64,000 nucleotides of DNA from Candidatus Moraniibacteriota bacterium (GTDB taxonomy: Bacteria; Patescibacteriota; Minisyncoccia; Moranbacterales; UBA1568). Shown here piece by piece: positions 27,683 through 38,093 of this stretch (position 1 is the stretch's first letter; each line of letters opens with the position of its first letter). The stretch covers positions 80,627-144,626 of the forward strand of contig JAQTYF010000001.1 in NCBI GenBank assembly GCA_028688415.1, in the 5' to 3' direction. Under the pieces are notes generated by a model, which worked only from the letters and a program-made list of their open reading frames with translations, searched no databases and had not been told where the DNA came from. The position numbers and the translations under genes were made by a program.

Positions 27683-28495
27683 ATGTCCAAAAAACTCCTC
27701 ACAATCATATCGTGGAATGTCAACGGTATTCGTGCTGTCCATAAAAAAGGCCTTTTTTTGCCATTTATAGAGAAATATCAACCAGATATTCTCTGTTTAC
27801 AAGAAACCAAGGCTCTCGAGGGTCAGGCGGAAATTGACTTACCAGAATACGAAGAGTATTGGAATTCTGCTGACAGAAAAGGCTATTCCGGGACAGCGAT
27901 ATTTACAAAAACAAAACCACTCTCTGTTATCAATGGCATTTTTCCTGAGATAGCTGAGCGATTTCATCTGACACACGATAGTTATGGTGATCCGACGAGA
28001 GAAGGACGAGTGATTACGGCAGAATATGATACTTTCTATCTTGTGACAGTGTATACCCCCAACGTGAAAGAAGATTTGAGTCGTCTCTCACTTCGTAAAA
28101 AACAGTGGGACCCTGCTTTTCTCGCTTTCTGTCAAGAACTAGAAAAGAAGAAGCCCGTTGTTTTTTGTGGAGATCTGAACGTGGCCTATACAGAAGACGA
28201 TCTCGCGAATCCAAAAGCCAATATCGGGAAGCATGGTTTCACCAATGAAGAACGAAATGGTTTCCATAATTTTATCACAGCAGGATTTGTCGACACGTTC
28301 CGTATTTTTCACCAGGGCAATGGTTTCTATAGTTGGTGGTCGTACTTCGCGAATTCACGATCCCGCAATGTCGGTTGGCGGATCGATTATTTCCTCACGA
28401 GTCAGTCTCTCACCCCGAGAATCCATGACGCGTATATCCTCCCCGAAGTGACAGGCTCGGATCATTGTCCTGTCGGTATCACATTTTCCTTATGA
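27683..28495 (+). CDS. xthA: Exodeoxyribonuclease III (AP endonuclease)
   Basis: 'ISWNVNGIRAV', 'LCLQETK', 'GDLNVA', 'GWRIDY', 'SDHCPV'. Extended -10 'tgtgctaatat' upstream. Confidence 0.9.
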   Translation: MSKKLLTIISWNVNGIRAVHKKGLFLPFIEKYQPDILCLQETKALEGQAEIDLPEYEEYWNSADRKGYSGTAIFTKTKPLSVINGIFPEIAERFHLTHDSYGDPTREGRVITAEYDTFYLVTVYTPNVKEDLSRLSLRKKQWDPAFLAFCQELEKKKPVVFCGDLNVAYTEDDLANPKANIGKHGFTNEERNGFHNFITAGFVDTFRIFHQGNGFYSWWSYFANSRSRNVGWRIDYFLTSQSLTPRIHDAYILPEVTGSDHCPVGITFSL

Positions 28496-29697
28496 ACACT
28501 ATTCCTCTCGCGGAACGGATGCGTCCGAAGACAATCGAAGAATTCTTGGGTCAGGAAAAAATATTTGGCGAAGGATCATTCCTCCGTGACGCTATCAAAC
28601 AGAATCACGTCCCATCACTCATCCTCTGGGGACCACCAGGGAGTGGCAAGACGACACTGGCACGCATCCTCTCGACGGCACTCGATGCGGATTTTATTGC
28701 TCTCTCGGCAGTGAGTAGTGGGAAGAAAGACTTACAAACAGTGCTCCTCCGAGCACAAGAGAATCATACACAAGGGAAGCAGACGATTCTCTTTCTTGAT
28801 GAAATACATCGCTGGAACAAGGCGCAGCAAGATGCACTCCTTCCTTTTGTCGAGTCCGGTATATTGACCCTCGTCGGTGCAACGACCGAGAACCCGAGTT
28901 TCGAAGTGAATTCTGCTCTTCTCTCTCGATCTCGAGTACTCGTACTTGAGAAGCATACGACTGCCACACTGACACTGCTTCTCAAACGTGCACTCACTGA
29001 TGATGCCGAAATGAAAAAGAAAAAAATAACCGCCCGAGACGAGACGCTTTCTTTTATTGCGGAAGTCGCAGGAGGGGATGGACGGCAAGCACTCAATATT
29101 CTCGAGGCTTGTGCAACTCGTACCAAAAATATCACTCCAGAAATCGTCGGCACTATCGTCGAGCGTTCGCACATTCTCTATGACAAGGGAGGGGAGCAAC
29201 ATTACAATATTATTTCTGCTTTGCACAAATCCCTGCGGGGAGGGGACGTCGATGCGAGTTTGTATTGGCTCGGACGGATGCTTGTCGCAGGAGAAGATCC
29301 TCTCTATGTTGCACGACGTCTCGTCCGTTTTGCTTCTGAGGATATCGGACTGGCGAACTCATTTGCATTACCACAAGCAGTCGCTGTTTTTCAGTCCTGT
29401 CAGATGCTTGGGATGCCAGAATGTGAAGTCCATCTCGCTCAGGCAGTGGTCTATCTCGCGAAGTCCAAGAAATCCAACGCACTCTATGTTGCTTATGGAA
29501 AGGTTAAGGATGATGTGGCTCGTTTCCCGAACGAACCAGTACCCCTCCATCTTCGTAATGCCCCGACAAAATTGATGAAAGAAATAGGTTATGGAAAAGA
29601 CTATAAATACACCCCTGATTTCAAGGACGAAAAATCAGCCAAACAAGACTATCTTCCAGAAAAACTCCGTGGGAGAAAATATATTGATTTTGTATAG
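28492..29697 (+). CDS. rarA: Replication-associated recombination protein A (RarA/MgsA AAA+ ATPase)
   Basis: 'LILWGPPGSGKTTLARIL', 'LFLDEIHRWNKAQQDALLPFVE', 'TENPSFEV'. ATGA overlap with the xthA stop. Confidence 0.9.
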   Translation: MNTIPLAERMRPKTIEEFLGQEKIFGEGSFLRDAIKQNHVPSLILWGPPGSGKTTLARILSTALDADFIALSAVSSGKKDLQTVLLRAQENHTQGKQTILFLDEIHRWNKAQQDALLPFVESGILTLVGATTENPSFEVNSALLSRSRVLVLEKHTTATLTLLLKRALTDDAEMKKKKITARDETLSFIAEVAGGDGRQALNILEACATRTKNITPEIVGTIVERSHILYDKGGEQHYNIISALHKSLRGGDVDASLYWLGRMLVAGEDPLYVARRLVRFASEDIGLANSFALPQAVAVFQSCQMLGMPECEVHLAQAVVYLAKSKKSNALYVAYGKVKDDVARFPNEPVPLHLRNAPTKLMKEIGYGKDYKYTPDFKDEKSAKQDYLPEKLRGRKYIDFV

Positions 29698-29833
29698 TAT
29701 TTCTTGATGATTGATAGGGAGTGTTTTTTTGTGCTATGATTGCAAAGCCGAGAAATGAGGAACAAGTTACCCGGTAGTGGTCTTTTGAGATCACTTTTCG
29801 TTTTTTGACAATTGAAACAAGAAGGATAATAGT

Positions 29834-30187
29834 ATGCAGGTATTTTGTGAGGTGGTAAAAAAAGAACAATATTCTTGGAAAAAACACGTAGTGTGGTTTC
29901 TTACTTTTTCAAAATCATATCTCGAAAAAGATATGACAATACAAAACAAGGAGAAAAAAATGATTGAAGACGTTATTAAACAGGCTGAAAAAGCTATCGA
30001 ACGAAGAGACCTCGTGGTCGCTCTCGCGGCACGAAAGGTTTTTGTCTATATCACTCGAGAGGAGCGATATCGGGATCATGAGTATTTCACGGCGAAATAT
30101 CGTGAGATATGTGCTGGCATAGATAAACTCATTTACGCCGATGAAGCACTAGGTGAATCGAAAACGACGAAAAGACTCGTTGCGTAA
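29834..30187 (+). CDS. Hypothetical protein (117 aa)
   Basis: ORF followed by a clear terminator. No domain recognised. Confidence 0.35.
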   Translation: MQVFCEVVKKEQYSWKKHVVWFLTFSKSYLEKDMTIQNKEKKMIEDVIKQAEKAIERRDLVVALAARKVFVYITREERYRDHEYFTAKYREICAGIDKLIYADEALGESKTTKRLVA

Positions 30188-30204
30188 ATATGCAATGAGT
30201 AGGG

Positions 30205-30248
30205 CTCGGTAATCAGGGAAACTTCCTTGGTTACCGAGTTTTTGTTTT
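30205..30248 (+). terminator. Rho-independent terminator
   Basis: 'ctcggtaatc...ggttaccgag' 10-bp stem (one mismatch) followed by 'tttttgtttt'. Confidence 0.5.
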
Positions 30249-30290
30249 CTCGTGAAAAATGATACACTAGAATACTTACTTTTTAAATAT

Positions 30291-30764
30291 ATGACTATGG
30301 CTCTCGCTCTCGGTACGCAAGCACCAGATTTTTCTCTCCCAGATCAGAATGGTGTTCTCCATCATTTTGAGACCTCTCTCGGAAAATGGGTGATTCTCTA
30401 TTTCTACCCCAAGGATGATACCCCTGGATGTACGATCGAAGCCTGTAGTTTCCGAGACAATTTTTCTGCACTTACAGAAGCTGGGATTGTTGTGCTCGGC
30501 GTTTCTGTCGATTCAGTGGTCAAACATGCAAAGTTCGTGTCGAAATATGAACTTCCATTCACACTTCTTTCTGATGAAGAAAAAGAGGTTGTTGCACTGT
30601 ATGGAGTGTGGGGGAAGAAGAAATTTATGGGACACGAGTATATGGGGACGAGCCGGGTGTCTTTTCTTATCGATCCGACAGGGAAGATTGTGAAGATCTA
30701 TGATCCGGTGAAGACGCTTGGTCATGCCAAAGAAGTATTGGCAGATGTTCAATCATTGAAATAA
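30291..30764 (+). CDS. bcp: Peroxiredoxin Bcp (thiol peroxidase, AhpC/TSA family)
   Basis: 'GTQAPDFSLPDQNG...WVILYFYPKDDTPGCTIEACSFRD' with peroxidatic Cys in TPGC context. Start at Met 30291 or 30297. Confidence 0.85.
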   Translation: MTMALALGTQAPDFSLPDQNGVLHHFETSLGKWVILYFYPKDDTPGCTIEACSFRDNFSALTEAGIVVLGVSVDSVVKHAKFVSKYELPFTLLSDEEKEVVALYGVWGKKKFMGHEYMGTSRVSFLIDPTGKIVKIYDPVKTLGHAKEVLADVQSLK

Positions 30765-30773
30765 TAGAGGACT

Positions 30774-32177
30774 ATGCAATTTCTTTTTACAAAAAATGTT
30801 TCCGAGAAAAGTGTGTTGGCGCATATTACAGACAAAGAAACTGATGAGGTAGTCCATAAAGGAGAAAGAGAAGAACTCTTGCTCGGTATTGGTTCACGAG
30901 AAAAAATGACCAGACGAAAGTTATTGCTTCTTCCTCGTCGTATGGTGATGCTCGCTCAGTCAAAGAATATGAGGGAAATTTCGATTGATTGGCAGGAATG
31001 GCACTTTCCACATTTGAATATCGATGAAGTGGAGCTGGCAGAAATATTTGCGACGAATGCACTCATGGCCGATTTCTCTTTTGATGTATTCAAGACAAAG
31101 CCGAAAAACGGCTTTTCAAAAGTAGAGAAAATATTTTTTGATATATCAGTCAGAAAACAAGTCCTCGCTGGACTAAACAAGGGAATCATCATTGGAGAAG
31201 AAGTGAATGCCTCACGTCATATTGCGACGATGCCCGGAGGGGAGATGACTCCATCAATACTGGCGATGCACGCAAAAAAGGCAATCAAAAATCTTCCCAT
31301 CAAACTCTCTGTCCTTGATGAAAAAGCGATGGGAAAATTGAAAATGGGAGGAATACTCGGTGTCGGTAAAGGTTCTATAGAGAAATCATATTTTATCGTA
31401 TTGGAATATTGGGGAGCTGGAAAGCCCGCCCAGGGCGGGTCCGCCTTTGACGGAAAAGGGCCAGTTGTTTTGGTTGGCAAAGGCGTGACTTTTGATACTG
31501 GTGGTATCAATCTGAAACCGAGTGATAGTATCCTCGGAATGAATATGGATATGTCAGGAGGAGCATCGGTAATACACGCTCTCGCTTCAGCTGCACGTCT
31601 GAAAATGAAAAAAAATATTGTCGCTTTGATTCCGGCGGTGGAAAATATGGCATCGGGTTCGAGTTATCGTCCAGGTGATGTGCTCCGTTCGATGTCTGGA
31701 AAAACAATTGAAGTTTTGAATACGGATGCTGAAGGAAGAATTATTCTTGCTGATGCACTCATCTATGCAAAGAGGTATCATCCGAAATTGGTCGTTGATG
31801 TCGCGACGCTGACCGGTGCGTCTCTCGTCGCGCTTGGTGAGCGAGCTTCAGCTCTGTTCACACAGGACGAGAAACTAGAACAACTGTTTCGTCATCTCGG
31901 TGAAGAAAGTGGAGATCATGTTTGGCCACTGCCACTTTGGGATGAATATGATGATGAAGTGAAGGGTACTTTTGGTGATGTTGCCAATCTCGGAAAGACA
32001 CGCTGGGGCGGTGCTATCACTGCTGCCGTTTTCCTGAAACAATTTGTCGACAAGGCATATCCGTGGGTACATCTCGATATTGCACCACGGATGACGACCC
32101 TTTCTGATGAATTTCTTGCCAGGGGATCAGCTGGCGCGCCAGTTCGTTTGCTGGTAAAATTATTGGAAAAATTCTAG
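30774..32177 (+). CDS. pepA: Leucyl aminopeptidase (M17 family)
   Basis: 'VGKGVTFDTGGINLKP' and 'NTDAEGRIILADAL' M17 signatures. Confidence 0.9.
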   Translation: MQFLFTKNVSEKSVLAHITDKETDEVVHKGEREELLLGIGSREKMTRRKLLLLPRRMVMLAQSKNMREISIDWQEWHFPHLNIDEVELAEIFATNALMADFSFDVFKTKPKNGFSKVEKIFFDISVRKQVLAGLNKGIIIGEEVNASRHIATMPGGEMTPSILAMHAKKAIKNLPIKLSVLDEKAMGKLKMGGILGVGKGSIEKSYFIVLEYWGAGKPAQGGSAFDGKGPVVLVGKGVTFDTGGINLKPSDSILGMNMDMSGGASVIHALASAARLKMKKNIVALIPAVENMASGSSYRPGDVLRSMSGKTIEVLNTDAEGRIILADALIYAKRYHPKLVVDVATLTGASLVALGERASALFTQDEKLEQLFRHLGEESGDHVWPLPLWDEYDDEVKGTFGDVANLGKTRWGGAITAAVFLKQFVDKAYPWVHLDIAPRMTTLSDEFLARGSAGAPVRLLVKLLEKF

Positions 32178-32204
32178 AGAAGATATCTTAAAAGAAAGAT
32201 ATAA

Positions 32205-32230
32205 TAAAAAAATGGCTTTTATGAGCCATT
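32205..32230 (+). terminator. Rho-independent terminator after pepA, followed by mraZ promoter
   Basis: 'aaatggct-tttatg-agccattttttt'. Then TTGACG-17-TAAAAT at 32256-32284. Confidence 0.6.
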
Positions 32231-32333
32231 TTTTTGGTGCATAACTTTTGTGTTGACGGCTGTGAGAGAGTGGCGTAAAATGGGGACATGTGAAAGAGAA
32301 GTGGGACAGAGTGGGGAAATTAACAAAAATGTT

Positions 32334-32768
32334 ATGTTCATCGGAGAATACTCACATACGATCGATCCCAAGAAGCGCCTCGCGCTTCCTTCAAAGTTTC
32401 GTGGTGAACTCGGAAGCAAAGTTGTAGTGACACGAGGACTCGATAATTGTTTGTTTGTGTATCCGATGAAGGTATGGGAAGAACTCGCAATCAAACTCGG
32501 GACACTACCAGTTGGTGAAGCAGGAACGCGAAGTTTTATTCGTGTGATGCTCGCAGGTGCGACTGATGTCGAGCTCGATAATCAGGGACGCATTCTTCTT
32601 CCGGAATATTTGAAGAATGATGGTGGCTTGAAAAAAGATGTCACGATTGTTGGACTCTTCAATCGTCTCGAAATATGGGACACGACGAAGTGGAACAAAT
32701 ACAAGAGTCAGGCAGAGAAGAATACAGGAAAGATTGCAGAGGATTTAGGTAAGCTGGGCATTTACTAA
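32334..32768 (+). CDS. mraZ: Transcriptional regulator MraZ
   Basis: 'MFIGEYSHTIDPKKRLALPSKFRGEL' and second repeat 'LDNQGRILLPEYL'. Start moved to the Met at 32334. Confidence 0.85.
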   Translation: MFIGEYSHTIDPKKRLALPSKFRGELGSKVVVTRGLDNCLFVYPMKVWEELAIKLGTLPVGEAGTRSFIRVMLAGATDVELDNQGRILLPEYLKNDGGLKKDVTIVGLFNRLEIWDTTKWNKYKSQAEKNTGKIAEDLGKLGIY

Positions 32769-32904
32769 AATACGAAAAATTCAAAAATCTCAGCCAAAGG
32801 CGGATCAGCCTTTGGCGGAAAACAGTTCTAAAGAAAAAACAAAAAAAATTCAAAACACAAAATATCAATACAAAATTTGCTTGCATTAATATTTTGAAGG
32901 TTGA

Positions 32905-33879
32905 ATGAATACTATGGAAGAAGTGAAACATATACCAGTTCTTTTGCAAGAAGTAGTCGATGGACTTTCTCTTCATCCAGGGGATATTGTCGTTGACGCA
33001 ACATTCGGTGGAGGTGGGTATACCAAAGAAATACTCACACGTATTCTCCCAGGAGGAAGAGTTATTGCTATTGATACCGATCTGTCTACTCTCGAATCTT
33101 TCCGAAAAAGAGTAAAGGAAGACGTGTTCCTTTCTCAAAGACTCGAGAAAGAAGAACTTGTACTCGTGCACAGTAATTATTCCGCACTGGAATCAGTACT
33201 CGAGAATCAAGGTATAGAGAGAATCGATGCTCTCGTCGCTGATCTCGGATTTTCCTCTGATCAGATAGAAGCAAGCGAAAGAGGATTGAGCTTTATGCTT
33301 GATGGACCGCTCGATATGCGACTCAATCGTGAAACAGGGATTACTGCTGGGGAAATAGTGAATACATTTTCTCTGGAAGCTCTCGAAAAAATCCTTCGTG
33401 ATTTTGGAGACGAAAGCGAATGTCGGCGTATAGCCAAGGCCCTTGTAAAAGAGAGAGAAGAGAAGCCTTTTACGACAACAGATGAATTACGAGAAATGAT
33501 CGAAAGAGTATATCCCAGAGGAAAACGATATAAGATGAAGATTCATCCTGCAACCAAGACATTTCAGGCACTCCGTATCGCTGTCAACGAAGAAGAAAAA
33601 CATCTGGACGAATTTCTCAAACAATCGGGAAATCGAATGAAGAAGGGTGGACGGATAGCTATCGTCACATTCCATTCTGGAGAAGATCGAAGAGTAAAAC
33701 AGTTTTGGAAAGAACAAGCAGAGGGTTGTGTCTGTCCACCAGGGTTCCCGGTCTGCCGTTGTGGGAATATGCCAAAAGTAAAAATACTCACGAAAAAACC
33801 AATTATCCCAACAGACGAAGAAATCAAAAAAAATCCGAGAGCTCGTAGTGCCAAGCTCCGTATCGCAGAAAAAATCTGA
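32905..33879 (+). CDS. rsmH: 16S rRNA m4C1402 methyltransferase RsmH (MraW)
   Basis: 'HIPVLLQEVVDGL...VDATFGGGGYT', 'DLGFSSDQ'. Follows mraZ. Confidence 0.9.
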   Translation: MNTMEEVKHIPVLLQEVVDGLSLHPGDIVVDATFGGGGYTKEILTRILPGGRVIAIDTDLSTLESFRKRVKEDVFLSQRLEKEELVLVHSNYSALESVLENQGIERIDALVADLGFSSDQIEASERGLSFMLDGPLDMRLNRETGITAGEIVNTFSLEALEKILRDFGDESECRRIAKALVKEREEKPFTTTDELREMIERVYPRGKRYKMKIHPATKTFQALRIAVNEEEKHLDEFLKQSGNRMKKGGRIAIVTFHSGEDRRVKQFWKEQAEGCVCPPGFPVCRCGNMPKVKILTKKPIIPTDEEIKKNPRARSAKLRIAEKI

Positions 33880-33915
33880 TAGAGTGGCACCAAAAAATAA
33901 AAAACAAAAAAGAAT

Positions 33916-34284
33916 ATGAGAACGTATTACTGCAAAATAGCAGAGACAAAAAGAAAAAGGGAAGATAGCAGATCTCGAACATTGACCGGGTCTGTTCATA
34001 TTGCTCTCCTTAGTATGCTTATGATGACTTTTGTAGGAGGAGGTATCTATCTCTATTCTGTCAATAAAAGTGCCGTCCAGGGATATCATATGAGGACTCT
34101 TGAAAAAGAAATCGGAGTATTGAAACAAGAAAATGAAAATTTGAGAATAAGTGAAGCAGATGCTCGTTCGCTCTATCGTATGGAAACAGTCAGAGAAGAC
34201 CTCCATATGCAAAAAATTGAAGCCCCTCTCTTTCTCGAGGATACCGAAAGAGAAAGCCACGATCGTTCAGTAGCTCTCAGATAG
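33916..34284 (+). CDS. ftsL: FtsL-like cell division protein
   Basis: Small protein with one TM (IALLSMLMMTFVGGGIYLY) then a coiled coil. Positioned between rsmH and ftsI as in dcw clusters. Confidence 0.5.
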   Translation: MRTYYCKIAETKRKREDSRSRTLTGSVHIALLSMLMMTFVGGGIYLYSVNKSAVQGYHMRTLEKEIGVLKQENENLRISEADARSLYRMETVREDLHMQKIEAPLFLEDTERESHDRSVALR

Positions 34285-34313
34285 CATCAGATATTTCTGG
34301 AGATAAATCATAG

Positions 34314-36101
34314 ATGAGACAGGCAGATATGCAAGGCTCTAGAAATCTTTTTTTGAAAAAGACAACAAAGAACACTTCTGGTTCGAGATATATGAGTCGT
34401 ACCCATTCTCTCTTCTTCATCTTTCTTTTCATTGGAACTTTGCTCACGGGTCGTATGATTTTTCTTCAAATCATCGATCATGAAAAATGGGTCGCGATAG
34501 CAGAAAATCAACACACGGTCTCTCAAGGACTTTCAGCGGATCGTGGGGAGATATACATTCATGATGGTGATAGTCGATATCCTCTGGCAGTCAATCGTGA
34601 ATATCAGACCGTCTATGTCTCACCCAAAGATGTTGTAGAGAAAGATCGGATGACACTGGAACTCTCACGCATTCTTGGATTGGAAACAGATTTTGTGCAG
34701 AATAAGCTCAAGATTCCTGACGATCCGTTTGAAATACTGAAAAAACGTTTGACGGATGATGAAATACAAGGTATTAAAAATCTTCATCTTAAAGGAGTTT
34801 CTTTCTTGTCCGAGAAATATCGATACTATCCAGGCGGACAACTTGCTGCGCATGTTGTGGGATTCGTCGGTTCCAACGAAAATGGAAAATCGAATGGATA
34901 TGGTATAGAAGCATCAAAAAATATTCTCCTTCAAGGTGAGTCTGGCACTGTCTCTCAAGAGAAAGATGCTTCAGGAAGGTGGCTTCCTCTTTCTGATCGT
35001 GAAATGATAGCTCCGAAAAATGGTGATAATGTGGTATTGACTATTGATCGTGTTGTACAGTATGAAACAGAAAAGATTCTCAAAGAATCAGTAGAACTTT
35101 ATGGTGCCGATGGCGCTACGGCTATCGTGATGGATCCGAAGACAGGAAATATTCTTTCTATGGCAAGTTTTCCCCAATTTGATCCTAATTCATATGGCGA
35201 GCAGGAAGATTATTCGATATTTCTCAATCCAGCAGTGAGTGTTTCGTATGAGCCAGGATCAATCATGAAACCAATTACGATGGCTATTGGCATTGAAGAA
35301 GAGAAGGTGTCTCCTCGAACAGAATATGTCGATACAGGATCAGTGAACGAATCTGGATATGTCATTCGTAATTCGGAAGAAAAAGTGTACGGAAGGAGTA
35401 CAATGACACATGTTTTGGACATGTCAATCAATACTGGTGTTATTTTTGTAGAGAAACTCGTCGGTAATCAGTTGTTTGGTGAATATCTGAAAAAATTTGG
35501 TTTTGGAGAGAAAACGAGTATAGATTTACCAGCAGAACTTTCTGGAAACATAAGTAACTTACGCAATCCTCGAGCAACACTCAACTTCTTCACAGCTTCT
35601 TTTGGTCAGGGGATTGCAGCGACACCTCTTCAAATGATCACAGCCTATGCTGTTCTCGCTAATGGTGGTAATTTGGTGAAACCAAGGATTATTGAGAGTA
35701 TTTCTGACGAAAATAATCAGGAAGAGACTGTGCCAACAGAAATTGTACGACGAGTCATTAGAGAAGAAACGAGTCGGTCCATGGGAGAAATGTTACGGAG
35801 TGTTGTTGTGAATGGACACGGAAAACGAGCTGATGTCCCTGGATATCTCGTTGGCGGAAAAACAGGAACAGCTCAGGTAGCCAAAACAGGAAGCAAAGGA
35901 TACGAAGACAGTGTCACAATAGGATCATTTGTGGGTTATGCGCCGATTAATAATCCAAGATTTGTTGTGCTTGTGAAGCTTGATAATCCAAAAAATGTAG
36001 AATGGGCAGAGTCGAGTGCTGCACCAGCATTTGGTAGAATCATGAAATTTCTGCTAGAATACGCCAAGATTCAACCGACTGAGACAATTCCAATAAAGTG
36101 A
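34314..36101 (+). CDS. ftsI: Penicillin-binding protein (FtsI/PBP2-type transpeptidase)
   Basis: N-terminal TM, 'SxxK' (GSIMKP), 'KTGTA' motif, PBP dimerisation region. True start possibly the Met at 34392. Confidence 0.85.
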   Translation: MRQADMQGSRNLFLKKTTKNTSGSRYMSRTHSLFFIFLFIGTLLTGRMIFLQIIDHEKWVAIAENQHTVSQGLSADRGEIYIHDGDSRYPLAVNREYQTVYVSPKDVVEKDRMTLELSRILGLETDFVQNKLKIPDDPFEILKKRLTDDEIQGIKNLHLKGVSFLSEKYRYYPGGQLAAHVVGFVGSNENGKSNGYGIEASKNILLQGESGTVSQEKDASGRWLPLSDREMIAPKNGDNVVLTIDRVVQYETEKILKESVELYGADGATAIVMDPKTGNILSMASFPQFDPNSYGEQEDYSIFLNPAVSVSYEPGSIMKPITMAIGIEEEKVSPRTEYVDTGSVNESGYVIRNSEEKVYGRSTMTHVLDMSINTGVIFVEKLVGNQLFGEYLKKFGFGEKTSIDLPAELSGNISNLRNPRATLNFFTASFGQGIAATPLQMITAYAVLANGGNLVKPRIIESISDENNQEETVPTEIVRRVIREETSRSMGEMLRSVVVNGHGKRADVPGYLVGGKTGTAQVAKTGSKGYEDSVTIGSFVGYAPINNPRFVVLVKLDNPKNVEWAESSAAPAFGRIMKFLLEYAKIQPTETIPIK

Positions 36102-37483
36102 TATTCTTTGAAAGATTTTCTTTTAAAGAGGGGGTAAATGTATATATGATGAATCATCAGAAAAAAAATTTTTTGCAGAGCATACTGCGATTTATGGCAC
36201 AAGTGATACTGAAAAAGTATCATCCGCTTGTAGTTGCTATTACTGGATCTGTAGGAAAGAGTTCGACCAAAGAAGCAATAGCATTGGTATTGTCACGAGC
36301 GTATAATATCCGTAAATCAGAGGGGAATTATAATAATGAGATCGGAGTACCGTTAACGATTATTGGTATTGAAAGTGGTGGATCATCGATAATAGCCTGG
36401 ATCAAAGTTGTCTTTTTTTGGTTGCAAAGAGTTCTGTTCCCTGTGAAGTATCCACAAATATTGATTCTTGAGATGGCCATTGATCGTCCTCTCGATATGC
36501 AGTATCTGCTCAGTTTTGTTCCGGTAGACATCGGTATTATCACTCAAATCTCTTCGAGTCATTTGGAATTCTTCGGATCATTGGGAGAAATTGCGAAGGA
36601 AAAAGGAAAGCTTGTTTCTGCTATACCTGAGAATGGATTTGCAATACTCAATTTTGACGACAAGCGAGTGATGAAAATGCAAGAGAAGACGAAGGCCAAA
36701 GTGTTGACATATGGTTTTGGTGAAGGAGCGATGTTTCGTGTTGATAACATACTCTTCCACCGCGATATCAAACAAACAGAAGGACTTAGCTTCAAATTGA
36801 ATTATGCCGGAAAAACTATTCCAGTGCGACTGCCAAAAATTATTGCGCAGCATTCTTTGTCAGCCGTTTTGTCTGCGGTGGCAGTGGGCATTGCTCTCAA
36901 GATGCATTTAGTAGAAATTGCAGAAACGTTAGAGGGTTTTGAGTCATTACCAGGAAGACTGCGATTGCTCCCGGGGAAGAACGGTATGTTTCTTTTTGAT
37001 GACACCTACAACGCTTCGCCTGTTTCTACTCTGGTCGCCCTGGAAACGTTGAGAGAATTTATGGCACCTCGTAAAGTAGTTGTACTCGGTGATATGCTGG
37101 AACTCGGACCAAGCGCGAAGGAAGAGCATCAATCTTTGAAGGACGCTGTCATTACCTCAGGTGCTTTGATAGTCATCCTTGTCGGAACATATATGAAGGC
37201 ACTTGCAGATGTATTACGGAAAGAGGGTTTTTCACAGAAACAGTTGTACTGGTTTCCTGATGAGACATCTGCTCGTATAGAAATCTCAAATATTGTCCGG
37301 TCAGAGGATCTCATACTCATCAAGGGTTCTAGAGGAATGCGTATGGAAAAAATTACCGAGATGCTTCTTCAGGATCCTCGTGATGCAAAGACACTGCTTT
37401 GTTGTCAGTCCAAGGAATGGCGTGATCGTCCATTTATAGCACCAAAGGAATGGGAGAAAAATGAAGATACTCTATTCCGATGA
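36098..37483 (+). CDS. murF: UDP-N-acetylmuramoyl-tripeptide--D-alanyl-D-alanine ligase MurF
   Basis: Mur ligase P-loop 'VAITGSVGKSSTKEA' and 'DDTYNASP' (MurF-type). Confidence 0.8.
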   Translation: MIFFERFSFKEGVNVYMMNHQKKNFLQSILRFMAQVILKKYHPLVVAITGSVGKSSTKEAIALVLSRAYNIRKSEGNYNNEIGVPLTIIGIESGGSSIIAWIKVVFFWLQRVLFPVKYPQILILEMAIDRPLDMQYLLSFVPVDIGIITQISSSHLEFFGSLGEIAKEKGKLVSAIPENGFAILNFDDKRVMKMQEKTKAKVLTYGFGEGAMFRVDNILFHRDIKQTEGLSFKLNYAGKTIPVRLPKIIAQHSLSAVLSAVAVGIALKMHLVEIAETLEGFESLPGRLRLLPGKNGMFLFDDTYNASPVSTLVALETLREFMAPRKVVVLGDMLELGPSAKEEHQSLKDAVITSGALIVILVGTYMKALADVLRKEGFSQKQLYWFPDETSARIEISNIVRSEDLILIKGSRGMRMEKITEMLLQDPRDAKTLLCCQSKEWRDRPFIAPKEWEKNEDTLFR

Positions 37484-37603
37484 TTGTTTTATAAAATAAA
37501 AAGTGTGAAGGATAGAGAGGACTTGCACACCTCGAAAAAGAAAGCTATACTAGCAAGAGAAGATGTATTCTTCAATAATGATTTAATCCGTATATCAAGT
37601 CTT

Positions 37604-37981
37604 ATGACAGACAATGTGAAAGACAGAGATTTTATCGAGTACGCTGTGAAGATGCTCGTAGACAATCCAGAAGATGTGAAGGTAGAAAGAAAGATCGATG
37701 AGATGGGAGTGCTTATTACACTCGATGTAAATCCGAAAGATATGGGTATGGTAATTGGTCGTGAAGGTATGACCGCCAAGGCTTTGCGAACTCTGCTTCG
37801 TGTGATTGGAGCACGCAACAATGCTCGTGTGAATCTTAAAATCAATGAACCAGAAGGATCGGAGCGTCCACCACGTGAACCTCGTGAACATGTCGCACCT
37901 GTAGTTTCTTCAGTAACTGAAACTCCTAAATCAGAAGAGAAGAAAACCTTGGATGACGTGATGAATGATATTCAGATATAA
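37604..37981 (+). CDS. KH-domain RNA-binding protein (KhpA-like) with C-terminal extension
   Basis: 'LVDNPEDVKV...GMVIGREGMTAKALRTLLRVIG' KH fold with GxxG loop. Start moved to the Met at 37604. Confidence 0.65.
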   Translation: MTDNVKDRDFIEYAVKMLVDNPEDVKVERKIDEMGVLITLDVNPKDMGMVIGREGMTAKALRTLLRVIGARNNARVNLKINEPEGSERPPREPREHVAPVVSSVTETPKSEEKKTLDDVMNDIQI

Positions 37982-38000
37982 TTTTTGTTGATAGTATCGA

Positions 38001-38029
38001 AAAACCACCCTCATTGGGTGGTTTTTTTG
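38001..38029 (+). terminator. Rho-independent terminator
   Basis: 'aaccaccc-tcatt-gggtggtt' followed by T7. Confidence 0.65.
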
Positions 38030-38093
38030 CTTTTCTTTCTTGGATATTTTATAATGGAAATATTGTGAAAATAATTTTAAAAAATTGCTACGT

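Noticed and set aside
31421-31450. GC-rich palindrome 'gcccgcccagggcgggtc' (and similar 'gcctttgRcggaaaa' at 32799) that looks like a REP or terminator.
   Set aside because: The first is inside the pepA coding frame (encodes GAGKPAQGGSAFDG loop). The second hairpin after mraZ lacks a U-run. This is insufficient to call a feature.
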